Source: Escherichia coli (GTDB lineage Bacteria > Pseudomonadota > Gammaproteobacteria > Enterobacterales > Enterobacteriaceae). Taken from it: a DNA stretch of 64,000 nucleotides. Shown here piece by piece: positions 16,503 to 24,741 of this stretch (positions are counted from its first letter, which is position 1; the number at the start of each line of letters is the position of its first letter). The notes beneath the pieces were generated by a model, which saw only the letters and a program-made list of their open reading frames with translations, did no database searches and had not been told where the DNA came from. The position numbers were made by a program, and so were the translations under genes. Location of the stretch: the NCBI RefSeq assembly GCF_003018235.1, contig NZ_CP027437.1; one strand, written 5' to 3'.

Positions 16503-16871
16503 TTAGTCCTCAACCACTAATATTTTATCAGTACTGGCAGCAATAACCTTGCGATAAGGTAAATCCAGAATTATACAGCCATCAGAGGCTTCTCCTGGAT
16601 GGGCTGAACTCTCTCCGTGTATCATGAAACCGTCACGCCCGCACATTTGATTTTCGGGGTAAGGCGTGAGCCTCATCGTCCATGCTCTTGTTCTTGCATG
16701 AAAAAATGCAGGTCCAATTGTATATGAACCTCTTGGCAATGGTCCCTTATCTCTTACACACTCATTAACAGAGTCATCTTTAAAACCCGGTCTGCCAGAA
16801 TATCTGGCATTGAACTGATAGCTACCATTTAAATAAAATGAACGTGCATTAATTTTGTATACCCAAGGCAT
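16503..16871 (-). CDS. tlde1: Tlde1-family (DUF2778, L,D-transpeptidase-like) T6SS peptidoglycan effector, 122 aa
   Basis: Catalytic-type motif HGESSAHPGEASDGCIIL (His ... S-x-G-C). Same size and same position between tssL and tssM as Tlde1 in Salmonella SPI-6. Confidence 0.75.
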   Translation of the reverse strand: MPWVYKINARSFYLNGSYQFNARYSGRPGFKDDSVNECVRDKGPLPRGSYTIGPAFFHARTRAWTMRLTPYPENQMCGRDGFMIHGESSAHPGEASDGCIILDLPYRKVIAASTDKILVVED

Positions 16872-16962
16872 TACACAATCTCCTTTTTGTTAAAAAATAA
16901 TAGTCAGATCAGAACACCATATTTTATTGTTAGTTTTCTGACCTAACCATAGTCATATTAAT

Positions 16963-18279
16963 TCACTCCACCACCAGAATTTCCACCCGACGGTTCTGCG
17001 CCCGTCCGGTTTTAGTGCGGTTATCGGCCACCGGTACGGTATCTCCTTTCCCGACAACCCGGATCCGGCTGGCCGGAATACCACCGGACGTCAGCAGTGA
17101 AGCCACTTCCGCCGCCCGTTTTTCCGACAATACCTGGTTGGACGGGAATTCAGCGGAGTGGATCGGCTGGCTGTCCGTGTGGCCGGTCACCGTCACCGCG
17201 CCCCCCACACGCGCAATCTCACGCGCGGCCTTGTCAATCACCGGGCGCAGCGCATCATTCACGGTTTTCTGCCCCGGTATAAACATCGTATCGCCACGAA
17301 AGATTACACGGCTGTGATGGTCATCTTCCTCCACCGTCAGCAGGCCACGGGCGATTTCGTTCGCCAGCAGGATTTTCAGCCGCAGTTTATGCACTGGAAC
17401 GGGTGGCGGCGGTAGATTTTTACCAATGGCGTCGATACGCTGTTGTACGGTTTCGGTGGCGAGGTTCATCCGGTGGCTGTAAAGGCCAAACAGCGTCAGC
17501 ATCACCAGCAGGGCGATTCCGGCGCTCAGCCAGACCGGCACCCGGCGCATCCGCCGCATTCGCCCACTGACGGCACCGGCAAAACCCGGCGAGAGCGTCG
17601 GCGTGATCGGATCGCGACGCTGGACCAGTTGAGTCAGCAGTTGCTGGCGGATATCGTCCAGTTGTTTACGCCCGTCAGGCCGTACACTGTAGCGGCCTTC
17701 AAAACCCAGTCCCAGAATGTGGTAAATGATTTCCAGTACATCGCTGTGCTCCTGGAAGCTGGCGGCCAGACGCCCGATTATCTGAAACAGCTTGATGCCG
17801 CCTTCACTTTCGCCATGAAAAGTCACCAGCAGGCTCTTCCCGGCCCAGACACCGCGTCGCCCCCAGACGGTGTTGTTGGCAGCTTCATCCAGCGCCGTGC
17901 ACACGCAGTAACGTACCGCCAGCACATGTTCGCGGCGCAGGTTTGCCTGGTCGCACAGCGTCTGATACCGGCGGACTTCACGCTCCAGTAGGGCGCGATA
18001 ATGTTCGACAAAACCAGGGGAAAGTTCACGGGGCATTTGCGCCAGCGCGCATAACAGAGGGCTGGCCGCCGCCAGAAGAGGATTCACAGCAGCAGTGATC
18101 TCAGCCAAGCGGAGCTTCAAATCTGGCCCGTCTTCAACCACCACCTTTATATCTTCCCTGCGAAGGCTGTCCTGGACGAGCGTATCGTAACCGTCATTAT
18201 CAGGCGACCTTGTTCCCCTTATTGAAGGCTGTAATTGCAGGGTATTCACCGCAGGTTGCGTCAGAATATCGTCGGTCAT
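16963..18279 (-). CDS. tssL: TssL (DotU) fused to a C-terminal OmpA-like peptidoglycan-binding domain, 438 aa
   Basis: DotU-like N-terminal region, one TM segment (VWLSAGIALLVMLTLFGLY), and an OmpA_C motif TGHTDSQP...NRRVEILV. Confidence 0.9.
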   Translation of the reverse strand: MTDDILTQPAVNTLQLQPSIRGTRSPDNDGYDTLVQDSLRREDIKVVVEDGPDLKLRLAEITAAVNPLLAAASPLLCALAQMPRELSPGFVEHYRALLEREVRRYQTLCDQANLRREHVLAVRYCVCTALDEAANNTVWGRRGVWAGKSLLVTFHGESEGGIKLFQIIGRLAASFQEHSDVLEIIYHILGLGFEGRYSVRPDGRKQLDDIRQQLLTQLVQRRDPITPTLSPGFAGAVSGRMRRMRRVPVWLSAGIALLVMLTLFGLYSHRMNLATETVQQRIDAIGKNLPPPPVPVHKLRLKILLANEIARGLLTVEEDDHHSRVIFRGDTMFIPGQKTVNDALRPVIDKAAREIARVGGAVTVTGHTDSQPIHSAEFPSNQVLSEKRAAEVASLLTSGGIPASRIRVVGKGDTVPVADNRTKTGRAQNRRVEILVVE

Positions 18280-19619
18280 TTATCGCGAACTCCCCACAGC
18301 TCCAGCTCCAGCCCTGGAAACTCTCCGGCGGTATGCATTGCCATGCCACCATAGCGGGCGATATGTTCCCACAACACGCCGTCGCGGCGGATGTCGTAAT
18401 AGATGTAACCGGACTGGAACGGGATCTGACGCGGTGGCACTGGCAGCATCTGTAGAACAAGACCAGGAAGGTGCGAGCGAATCAGTTCCGGCAGGCGTTC
18501 TGACGGCCCTATTTTGGTCTGAGCCGAAAAATGTTGTAGTAAGGTGTCGGCGGACATCTGTGCCTTCACCGCCAATACTAACGAGCTGAAATCTGACAGT
18601 TCGGTAGGTTCAACCACCGCATTGAGAATACCGTAAGTTCCCTCTTCCAGAGGGATTCGCTGCGCCCCACGTATTAGCACAGCATTCAGCAGATACTGAA
18701 CCTCGTCCACCACCGATTTCAGCCCGGCATAGGGCGTCAGGTGCTTATATTCTTTATATTCTTCCGGACGACGTGTTTGCGGACGCACGTAGGTAGAGAG
18801 TTCTCCGGCCAGTGCGCAGAGGTTACGATAGAGTACTTCAGGCGATAGCGGCGTTTTCGACATATGGATCAATAAGGGGCCGAAACGATTAAGAACTTGC
18901 AGAAGCAGGTAATCCGACACTTCCGCCGCTTCATGACCGTGTTTGTCGCTCCCCGTCAATCGTTCCGCCAGCGAATCTGCACGCATTTTTATCAGATCGT
19001 TAATCCACGACAGCCAGGTACATATCAGCGTACTGGCCTGGTAGTTCGCCACTGGCGGGATCAACTCTTTGTCTATATCGACCCGACCATCGGGATGCAG
19101 CGCCGTGATGCGCGTCAGCGGCAGGCCGATCCACGCGTCTGTCACCGCCTTTTCCGGTAACAGTCGCAAGCGCAGGTGGCTAAGTTGCAGCAGTTGCGCG
19201 CCTCGCCCCAGCGAATTGGCATCACGGATTTCACTTTCATGTACCGAAAAACGTGCCAGTGATTCAGGGTTATTGTCGAAACTGGTTTCTTCACTGTTCG
19301 GCGTACGTATTGGCACAGCCAGATAAATCAACTGGTTAAGATGTTCTGGAAGGATGGTCAGAGGCGGCGGGAGTGGTGTATGACCCGGCGCATTAAAAGG
19401 TGTACCGTCAGCAAATACCCCGGAAGCCTTCGTAAGTACCAGTTTTCCGATGTTCAGCGCCTCACTACCAATACCATACTCATTGAAGCCCCAGTAAAAA
19501 GGTGAAAGAGGCAAACTGCGATAATGAATGACATGTTCCAGATAGCGTTCCTGCTGCTGAAACATCTGTGGCAACAAAAATTGTCCTTCACTCCAGACCA
19601 CCCGGTTATTCCAACTCAT
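18276..19619 (-). CDS. tssK: TssK baseplate protein, 447 aa
   Basis: N-terminus MSWNNRVVWSEGQFLLPQMFQQQERY is characteristic of TssK. ATGA overlap with tssL. Confidence 0.92.
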   Translation of the reverse strand: MSWNNRVVWSEGQFLLPQMFQQQERYLEHVIHYRSLPLSPFYWGFNEYGIGSEALNIGKLVLTKASGVFADGTPFNAPGHTPLPPPLTILPEHLNQLIYLAVPIRTPNSEETSFDNNPESLARFSVHESEIRDANSLGRGAQLLQLSHLRLRLLPEKAVTDAWIGLPLTRITALHPDGRVDIDKELIPPVANYQASTLICTWLSWINDLIKMRADSLAERLTGSDKHGHEAAEVSDYLLLQVLNRFGPLLIHMSKTPLSPEVLYRNLCALAGELSTYVRPQTRRPEEYKEYKHLTPYAGLKSVVDEVQYLLNAVLIRGAQRIPLEEGTYGILNAVVEPTELSDFSSLVLAVKAQMSADTLLQHFSAQTKIGPSERLPELIRSHLPGLVLQMLPVPPRQIPFQSGYIYYDIRRDGVLWEHIARYGGMAMHTAGEFPGLELELWGVRDK

Positions 19620-19622
19620 AAT

Positions 19623-20195
19623 TTACTCATCCCGTTCTTTAATCACTATGGCGCTTTGCTCTATGCCAGCATCCAGTTCGACTTTTTTCTTTGGCATAAA
19701 GCGGCTGTACCAACTTTTTTCCGGTGGATCAGGAATTTTATATGTAGCCCGCCAGACCGATTTTCCCAGATTGCGGTATCCGGCGAGGATCCCCAGCGTG
19801 GTAGTTTCCTTATTGAGGGCGCGGCGTAATTTTTTCTCCTCGCCCGGACGCAGGATAAAGCTGTCGCGGTGGAGTAAATCATCGGCAAGAACAGCCTTGT
19901 CATTGTCCTGAAGGGACCACCAGTCCGCCGCCGTGAAAGCTGCATCAATTTTCAGTTCATAAACGCGTATCTCTATGGGCGCGGCTTTTTTCTGATTGTC
20001 AGGATTCATCTTATCGGAAGCCTTAATCACCAGATCGAGTCTTTGTGACATCAGGTCCGGCACGTCGTCGCTGTCAATGCTGCACCCGGAAAGCAGGAAG
20101 ACAAAAGACAAAGCTACCGCACATAACCACCCACCGGGGTTACGCCATTTATTCACTTTAATTTCCTTTAAAATCAAATAATAAAAACCGGCCAA
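19623..20195 (-). CDS. tssJ: TssJ outer-membrane lipoprotein
   Basis: Lipobox LLSGC. Conserved position upstream of tssK. The true start is more likely the GTG at 20156, preceded by SD AAGGAA. Confidence 0.88.
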   Translation of the reverse strand: MAGFYYLILKEIKVNKWRNPGGWLCAVALSFVFLLSGCSIDSDDVPDLMSQRLDLVIKASDKMNPDNQKKAAPIEIRVYELKIDAAFTAADWWSLQDNDKAVLADDLLHRDSFILRPGEEKKLRRALNKETTTLGILAGYRNLGKSVWRATYKIPDPPEKSWYSRFMPKKKVELDAGIEQSAIVIKERDE

Positions 20196-20223
20196 GCTAT
20201 ATACCTGGCCGGGAAAATGTTGC

Positions 20224-20709
20224 TTAAATTTCTTTGTTAGCTTTGAAATCGTAACCTGCCGTGATAGTGCCGCCGCTGCCGCCCTGCTGGTTCTGCACCA
20301 CGTATTCCTGCTTCACGGTGCTGAAAGAGAGTTCGACTGACTCACGAGAAGCTATTTCTCCCCCCTGACTCCCGCTGGGCGAAACCATTGCTACGATCAA
20401 ATCAGTAAAACTGTATTTGAGGTATTCCAGTGGGTTGCCGCCTGCTTTGCGCATGGTCAGCACGGCTTTCGGAATGTGTTTGCCGGAGGCGCAGTATTTG
20501 AACAGGTTCGGGCTGGCGCGATCGATATAGTGTTCAAATGAAAGATTAGTTACGGATACCTTGCCGGATCCCAGACCGCTACCCGCGTGCATGGTGGACT
20601 CCTGGTGGATATTCCAGCGCCAGCTCAACACCTCAATTTCATTTTTATGTTTGTCATCCATTGACTCGCCGTCAATGCCGTCAATTTTCAGAAAAATATC
20701 ATAAGACAT
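20224..20709 (-). CDS. hcp: Hcp tube protein, 161 aa
   Basis: MSYDIFLKIDGIDGES... is a canonical Hcp N-terminus, and the size fits. Confidence 0.95.
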   Translation of the reverse strand: MSYDIFLKIDGIDGESMDDKHKNEIEVLSWRWNIHQESTMHAGSGLGSGKVSVTNLSFEHYIDRASPNLFKYCASGKHIPKAVLTMRKAGGNPLEYLKYSFTDLIVAMVSPSGSQGGEIASRESVELSFSTVKQEYVVQNQQGGSGGTITAGYDFKANKEI

Positions 20710-20820
20710 ATTTCATACCTTTTATTTAAATTAATTTTGGTTTATCCGCTTACAAATAAACCATTACTTTACAACACTCTTCCACATATGGAATCGGCAG
20801 AACAAAGGATTGAATATATT

Positions 20821-21192
20821 TCATTTCTTAACACTCCTGGAAATCAACTCATCCAATTCATTTCCATGAATGAAATCTATACATTTCATAGTACTGAAGT
20901 CTGATGCTATAGAACCATCATATTTTAATGATGCATATTTTCTCGCTATCGCATCTATTTCACGAAAAATTTCTACAGGTTGCTGACCATATTCAAGATA
21001 AGCACTAGCTGTAGCTCTGGCATCATCCTGAACGACATCATTTTTATACACCAATGACAAACAATGACTCAAAGCCCAATTGCGTAAGAGCTCTGACTGA
21101 GAATATTTTTCAGTCAATGCTTCCTGAGCATAAGATAATTGACATATCTGTAGCCCACAGAGGCCCCAAAATATTAATTTCAGCCATTTCAT
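20821..21192 (-). CDS. tai4: Tai4 immunity protein, 123 aa from the ATG at 21192
   Basis: Signal peptide MKWLKLIFWGLCGLQICQLSYA. ATGA overlap with the tae4 stop. Confidence 0.75.
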   Translation of the reverse strand: MKWLKLIFWGLCGLQICQLSYAQEALTEKYSQSELLRNWALSHCLSLVYKNDVVQDDARATASAYLEYGQQPVEIFREIDAIARKYASLKYDGSIASDFSTMKCIDFIHGNELDELISRSVKK

Positions 21193-21674
21193 GGTAGTAC
21201 CCACAGGATTCCGACTTCAGGAACAAATGTTCCATTATCTGGATCATTTAGTAGATGGCATTGATCTGAACAAACGCTACCATTCCATAATGTTACATGT
21301 CCCCGAGCATTGCTCCAGCCATGGCCTTTTACAACAATGATGCCTTTTTTACCTGTAAAGTCACCAGGAGTTGGATTATTAATGACAAGATCTGGCTTCC
21401 CCATAATCTGGGTCAGATGTTCAATCATATCATTCACACGATAAATATAAAATTTCTTATCAGAACCACTAACCGTTGCATAGGGAGAACTACGGGATAT
21501 CGGAAATCCCGTAGCATTCAAAACATAACTCATACGAATTGGACAAGCATTTTCAAAATAGCCACCTGAAATATTTTGCCCAACATTTCCGCCAATTATA
21601 AGACCGACATCAGCAACGGGAAAATTCACTTTTCCAAATGCCGACCATGCCTCATTAAATGAAGGTCTACCCAT
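21189..21674 (-). CDS. tae4: Tae4 family T6SS peptidoglycan amidase effector, 161 aa
   Basis: Closely resembles the remembered Salmonella/Enterobacter Tae4 sequence (RPSFNEAW...NACPIRMSYVLN...GHGWSNARGHVTLWNG...CHLLNDPDNG). The catalytic Cys (ACPIRM) and His (GHVTLW) contexts are present. Confidence 0.88.
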   Translation of the reverse strand: MGRPSFNEAWSAFGKVNFPVADVGLIIGGNVGQNISGGYFENACPIRMSYVLNATGFPISRSSPYATVSGSDKKFYIYRVNDMIEHLTQIMGKPDLVINNPTPGDFTGKKGIIVVKGHGWSNARGHVTLWNGSVCSDQCHLLNDPDNGTFVPEVGILWVLP

Positions 21675-21726
21675 TTTCTTTATCCTCTAAAAAATCTGCA
21701 TCACAAGCTTTATGAAATATAATAAA

Positions 21727-23241
21727 TCAGGTATTACCCTGTTTTACCGACGGCAGTTTTGTGACCAGACGCAGTGATCCTGTTAACCCTTCAAGCTGAA
21801 AATGCGGGCGCAGGAAGAATTTGGCATCGTAATAATCCGGATTACCTTCCACCTCTTCCACCACCACTTCAGCAGCTGCCAGTGGGCGACGAGCTTTGGT
21901 TTCCTGTGAGGAGTTCACCGGATCGGCATCGACGTAGTTCATGATCCACTCATTGAGCCAGCGCTGCATATCTTCACGCTCTTTGAACGAGCCGATCTTG
22001 TCGCGCACGATACATTTGAGGAAGTGCGCAAACCGTGAACAGGCGAAAAGATATGGCAAACGAGCTGAGAGATTGGCGTTGGCCGTAGCGTCCGGATCGT
22101 AATACTCCTGCGGTTTTTGTAGAGACTGAGCGCCAATAAAGGCGGCGTAATCAGAGTTTTTGCGGTGGATAAGTGGGATAAAACCATTTTTCGCCAGTTC
22201 AGCTTCACGACGGTCAGAGATGGCAATTTCTGTCGGGCATTTCATATCCACGCCGCCGTCATCGGTCGGGAAGGTATGACAGGGCAGATTTTCCACCGCG
22301 CCACCAGATTCAACACCGCGGATCAACGTACACCAACCGTAATGTTTGAAAGAGCGGTTGATATTTACACCCATTGCATAGGCGGCATTGCTCCAGACAT
22401 ATTTGCTGTGATCTGCGCCATCCGCATCTTCTTCAAAATCAAACTCATCGACAGGGTTTGTTTTCGCACCATAAGGCAAACGGGAGAGAAAACGTGGCAT
22501 CGTCAGGCCAATGTAGCGAGAATCCTCACTTTTTCGCAGCGAGTTCCACGGTGCGTATTCGAGGTTTTGGGTCACAATTTTGGTCAGATCACGCGGGTTA
22601 GCCAGTTCCTGCCAGGAGTCCATCTGCAACACTGACGGAGAGGCCCCAGCAATAAACGGCGCATGGGCTGAGGCTGCCACTTTGGCAATGGAGCCGAGCA
22701 GATCCACATCCGGTGGCGTGTGATCAAAATAATAATCCGCAATGATACAACCGTAAGGTTCTCCGCCTAACTGTCCATATTCAGCTTCATAAAGCTTTTT
22801 GAACATGGGGCTTTGATCCCAGGCGATCCCTTTGTAACGCTTCATATTTTTCCGCAATTCATCCTTTGAAAGATTCATAAAACGGATTTTTAATTTTTCA
22901 TCGGTTTCAGTGTTGTAAACCAAATGTTCCATCCCACGCCAGGAGGACTCCAGTTTCTGAAATTCCGGATGACTCAGGATTAGTTTGATCTGCTCAGTTA
23001 ATTTGAAATCGATCTGCTCAATAATCGCAGCAATACTTTTATAAGCGTCGTCACTGACGGTGACGGTATTTGTCAAAGCCTGTTGGGCCAGCGTCTGAAC
23101 TGCTGCCTCAACAGCCTTTGCTGCCTGAGGTGTCTTGGGACGGAAGGCTTTATCCAGGAGCGAATCAAATTCAGTGTCCTGATAGGCAGTGGTTTGCGCA
23201 GCAGAGAGTTCGCCAGTCGCCAGAAGAGTATCGTTTACCAT
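21727..23241 (-). CDS. tssC: TssC sheath large subunit, 504 aa
   Basis: Size, position after tssB, and conserved VipB-like sequence. Confidence 0.95.
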   Translation of the reverse strand: MVNDTLLATGELSAAQTTAYQDTEFDSLLDKAFRPKTPQAAKAVEAAVQTLAQQALTNTVTVSDDAYKSIAAIIEQIDFKLTEQIKLILSHPEFQKLESSWRGMEHLVYNTETDEKLKIRFMNLSKDELRKNMKRYKGIAWDQSPMFKKLYEAEYGQLGGEPYGCIIADYYFDHTPPDVDLLGSIAKVAASAHAPFIAGASPSVLQMDSWQELANPRDLTKIVTQNLEYAPWNSLRKSEDSRYIGLTMPRFLSRLPYGAKTNPVDEFDFEEDADGADHSKYVWSNAAYAMGVNINRSFKHYGWCTLIRGVESGGAVENLPCHTFPTDDGGVDMKCPTEIAISDRREAELAKNGFIPLIHRKNSDYAAFIGAQSLQKPQEYYDPDATANANLSARLPYLFACSRFAHFLKCIVRDKIGSFKEREDMQRWLNEWIMNYVDADPVNSSQETKARRPLAAAEVVVEEVEGNPDYYDAKFFLRPHFQLEGLTGSLRLVTKLPSVKQGNT

Positions 23242-23265
23242 GAAAGTTCCTTAATAAAATCGCAG

Positions 23266-23811
23266 TTAGTCTGCTGTTCCCGTTTCACCTGATAAGACAC
23301 TTTCCTGTTGAGCGACAGGTTTTGGCGCACTAGCCAGAGCTTTCAGTAACGTAGGGTCTTGTAATAGTTTGTTGATAAGATTTTCTGCTCCCGCTTTACC
23401 ATCCATGTAGGTTTGTAGGTTGGCAAGCTGAGTACGCGCTTCCAGCAGCTGGTTCAGGGCATCCACCTTACGGGCAATCTGCGCAGGCGAAAAATCGTCC
23501 ATATTCTCTAACGTGATATCGACCATTAACTGCCCTTCGCCCGTCAGCGTATTGGGGACAGCAAACGCCACGCGCGGCGCAATGGCTTTCATCCTCTCGT
23601 TGAAGTTATCGATATCAATATCAAGGAATTTACGATCGGTGACCGGCGGCAGCTCTTCACGCGGTTTACCCGCCAGGTCGGCCAGCACCGCCATGACAAA
23701 CGGCAGTTCGATTTTTTTCTCGGAGCCGTAAATCTCAACGTCATACTCAATCTGCACGCGGGGCGCGCGGTTGCGGGCAATAAACTTCTGCGCGCTGTTG
23801 TTGATAGCCAT
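23266..23811 (-). CDS. tssB: TssB sheath small subunit, 181 aa
   Basis: The RAPRVQIEYDVEIYG motif is typical of TssB/VipA. Confidence 0.95.
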   Translation of the reverse strand: MAINNSAQKFIARNRAPRVQIEYDVEIYGSEKKIELPFVMAVLADLAGKPREELPPVTDRKFLDIDIDNFNERMKAIAPRVAFAVPNTLTGEGQLMVDITLENMDDFSPAQIARKVDALNQLLEARTQLANLQTYMDGKAGAENLINKLLQDPTLLKALASAPKPVAQQESVLSGETGTAD

Positions 23812-23872
23812 AATCCTTCATTTCCTTATCAGTCAGCCGACGACCACCTGGGGAGTGGCCCGACGGTACAGT

Positions 23873-24163
23873 TTAAAAATCATACGCAGAGAGTATTTTT
23901 ATAATCTCTTTGTTTTCTTTGTACTTTTCCCGAAGCACAGGGAGTGATTTCTTCGCCGGAGGACACCAGGTATCAACCCCCTTTTCGATGTCTCTTTTAT
24001 CCTTCTTTGGTAAAGAACTGTCCCATTCACCAGCAAGATGCTGGCACATTTCCGCATTACTCAGAAAATGCTGCACATCCTGTGGTAAAGGCGGTTCCCC
24101 CTGAACACAGAAAGCGAACATCATTAACAGGAATGTCAACAACATCGGATAACGAAATGTCAT
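23873..24163 (-). CDS. Secreted 96-aa Cys-containing protein. Putative periplasmic immunity for the upstream M15-like peptidase.
   Basis: Signal peptide MTFRYPMLLTFLLMMFAFCVQG. Its start lies 2 nt after the upstream stop. Confidence 0.55.
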   Translation of the reverse strand: MTFRYPMLLTFLLMMFAFCVQGEPPLPQDVQHFLSNAEMCQHLAGEWDSSLPKKDKRDIEKGVDTWCPPAKKSLPVLREKYKENKEIIKILSAYDF

Positions 24164-24165
24164 AC

Positions 24166-24729
24166 TTAATGTCCATCAATTGACCAGTGAGGTATATCTG
24201 TATTGCCGCCAACAAATTTTCTGACGCCGTAACCCAGACCTACCGCCTGAAGCTGGGCATTCATTCCGGTTCGAGGTAGTGTATTAATTGCAACATTCTG
24301 ACCATTGCTCCCCGCAATTGTTAATGTTCCGCTCCAACTGATATTCATATCTATCGCAGTACCGCGTGTATGGTTGGAGCTCAGTGCAGGCGCGACATTC
24401 AGATTATTCATACCATAGGCCGTAACCATAGCCTGCGCCGCTTCAAGCGAGGCTTGCTCAGTCGGGTGAACCCACTCAATATCCATCCCCTCCATCGCCG
24501 GGACGTTTTTTGCCTGAACGATTTCATGAGCAATCAACCATGACCAGTGCATGAGATATGCTCTGGCGGGAGGGCGATATGTTGCAGAGATACTGACCCT
24601 TGCACGCGCATTACCAAGCGCGCGCAAAAAATTATCTACCGATGCACGAAAAGTCCCCTGCAAATCATTAGTGGAAGAACTTCCAGGAAAGCGACTGACC
24701 CACAGTGCGCCACTTAATTCTTTTGCCAT
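24166..24729 (-). CDS. Putative T6SS effector: LAS/M15-type (VanY-like) zinc peptidoglycan peptidase, 187 aa
   Basis: SxHxxGxAxD motif SNHTRGTAID at nt 24349-24378 (H-x6-D zinc ligands), plus a distal DIPHW His. No signal peptide. Sits 12 nt downstream of clpV, inside the T6SS operon. Confidence 0.65.
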   Translation of the reverse strand: MAKELSGALWVSRFPGSSSTNDLQGTFRASVDNFLRALGNARARVSISATYRPPARAYLMHWSWLIAHEIVQAKNVPAMEGMDIEWVHPTEQASLEAAQAMVTAYGMNNLNVAPALSSNHTRGTAIDMNISWSGTLTIAGSNGQNVAINTLPRTGMNAQLQAVGLGYGVRKFVGGNTDIPHWSIDGH

Positions 24730-24741
24730 AAGGATGCTCCA

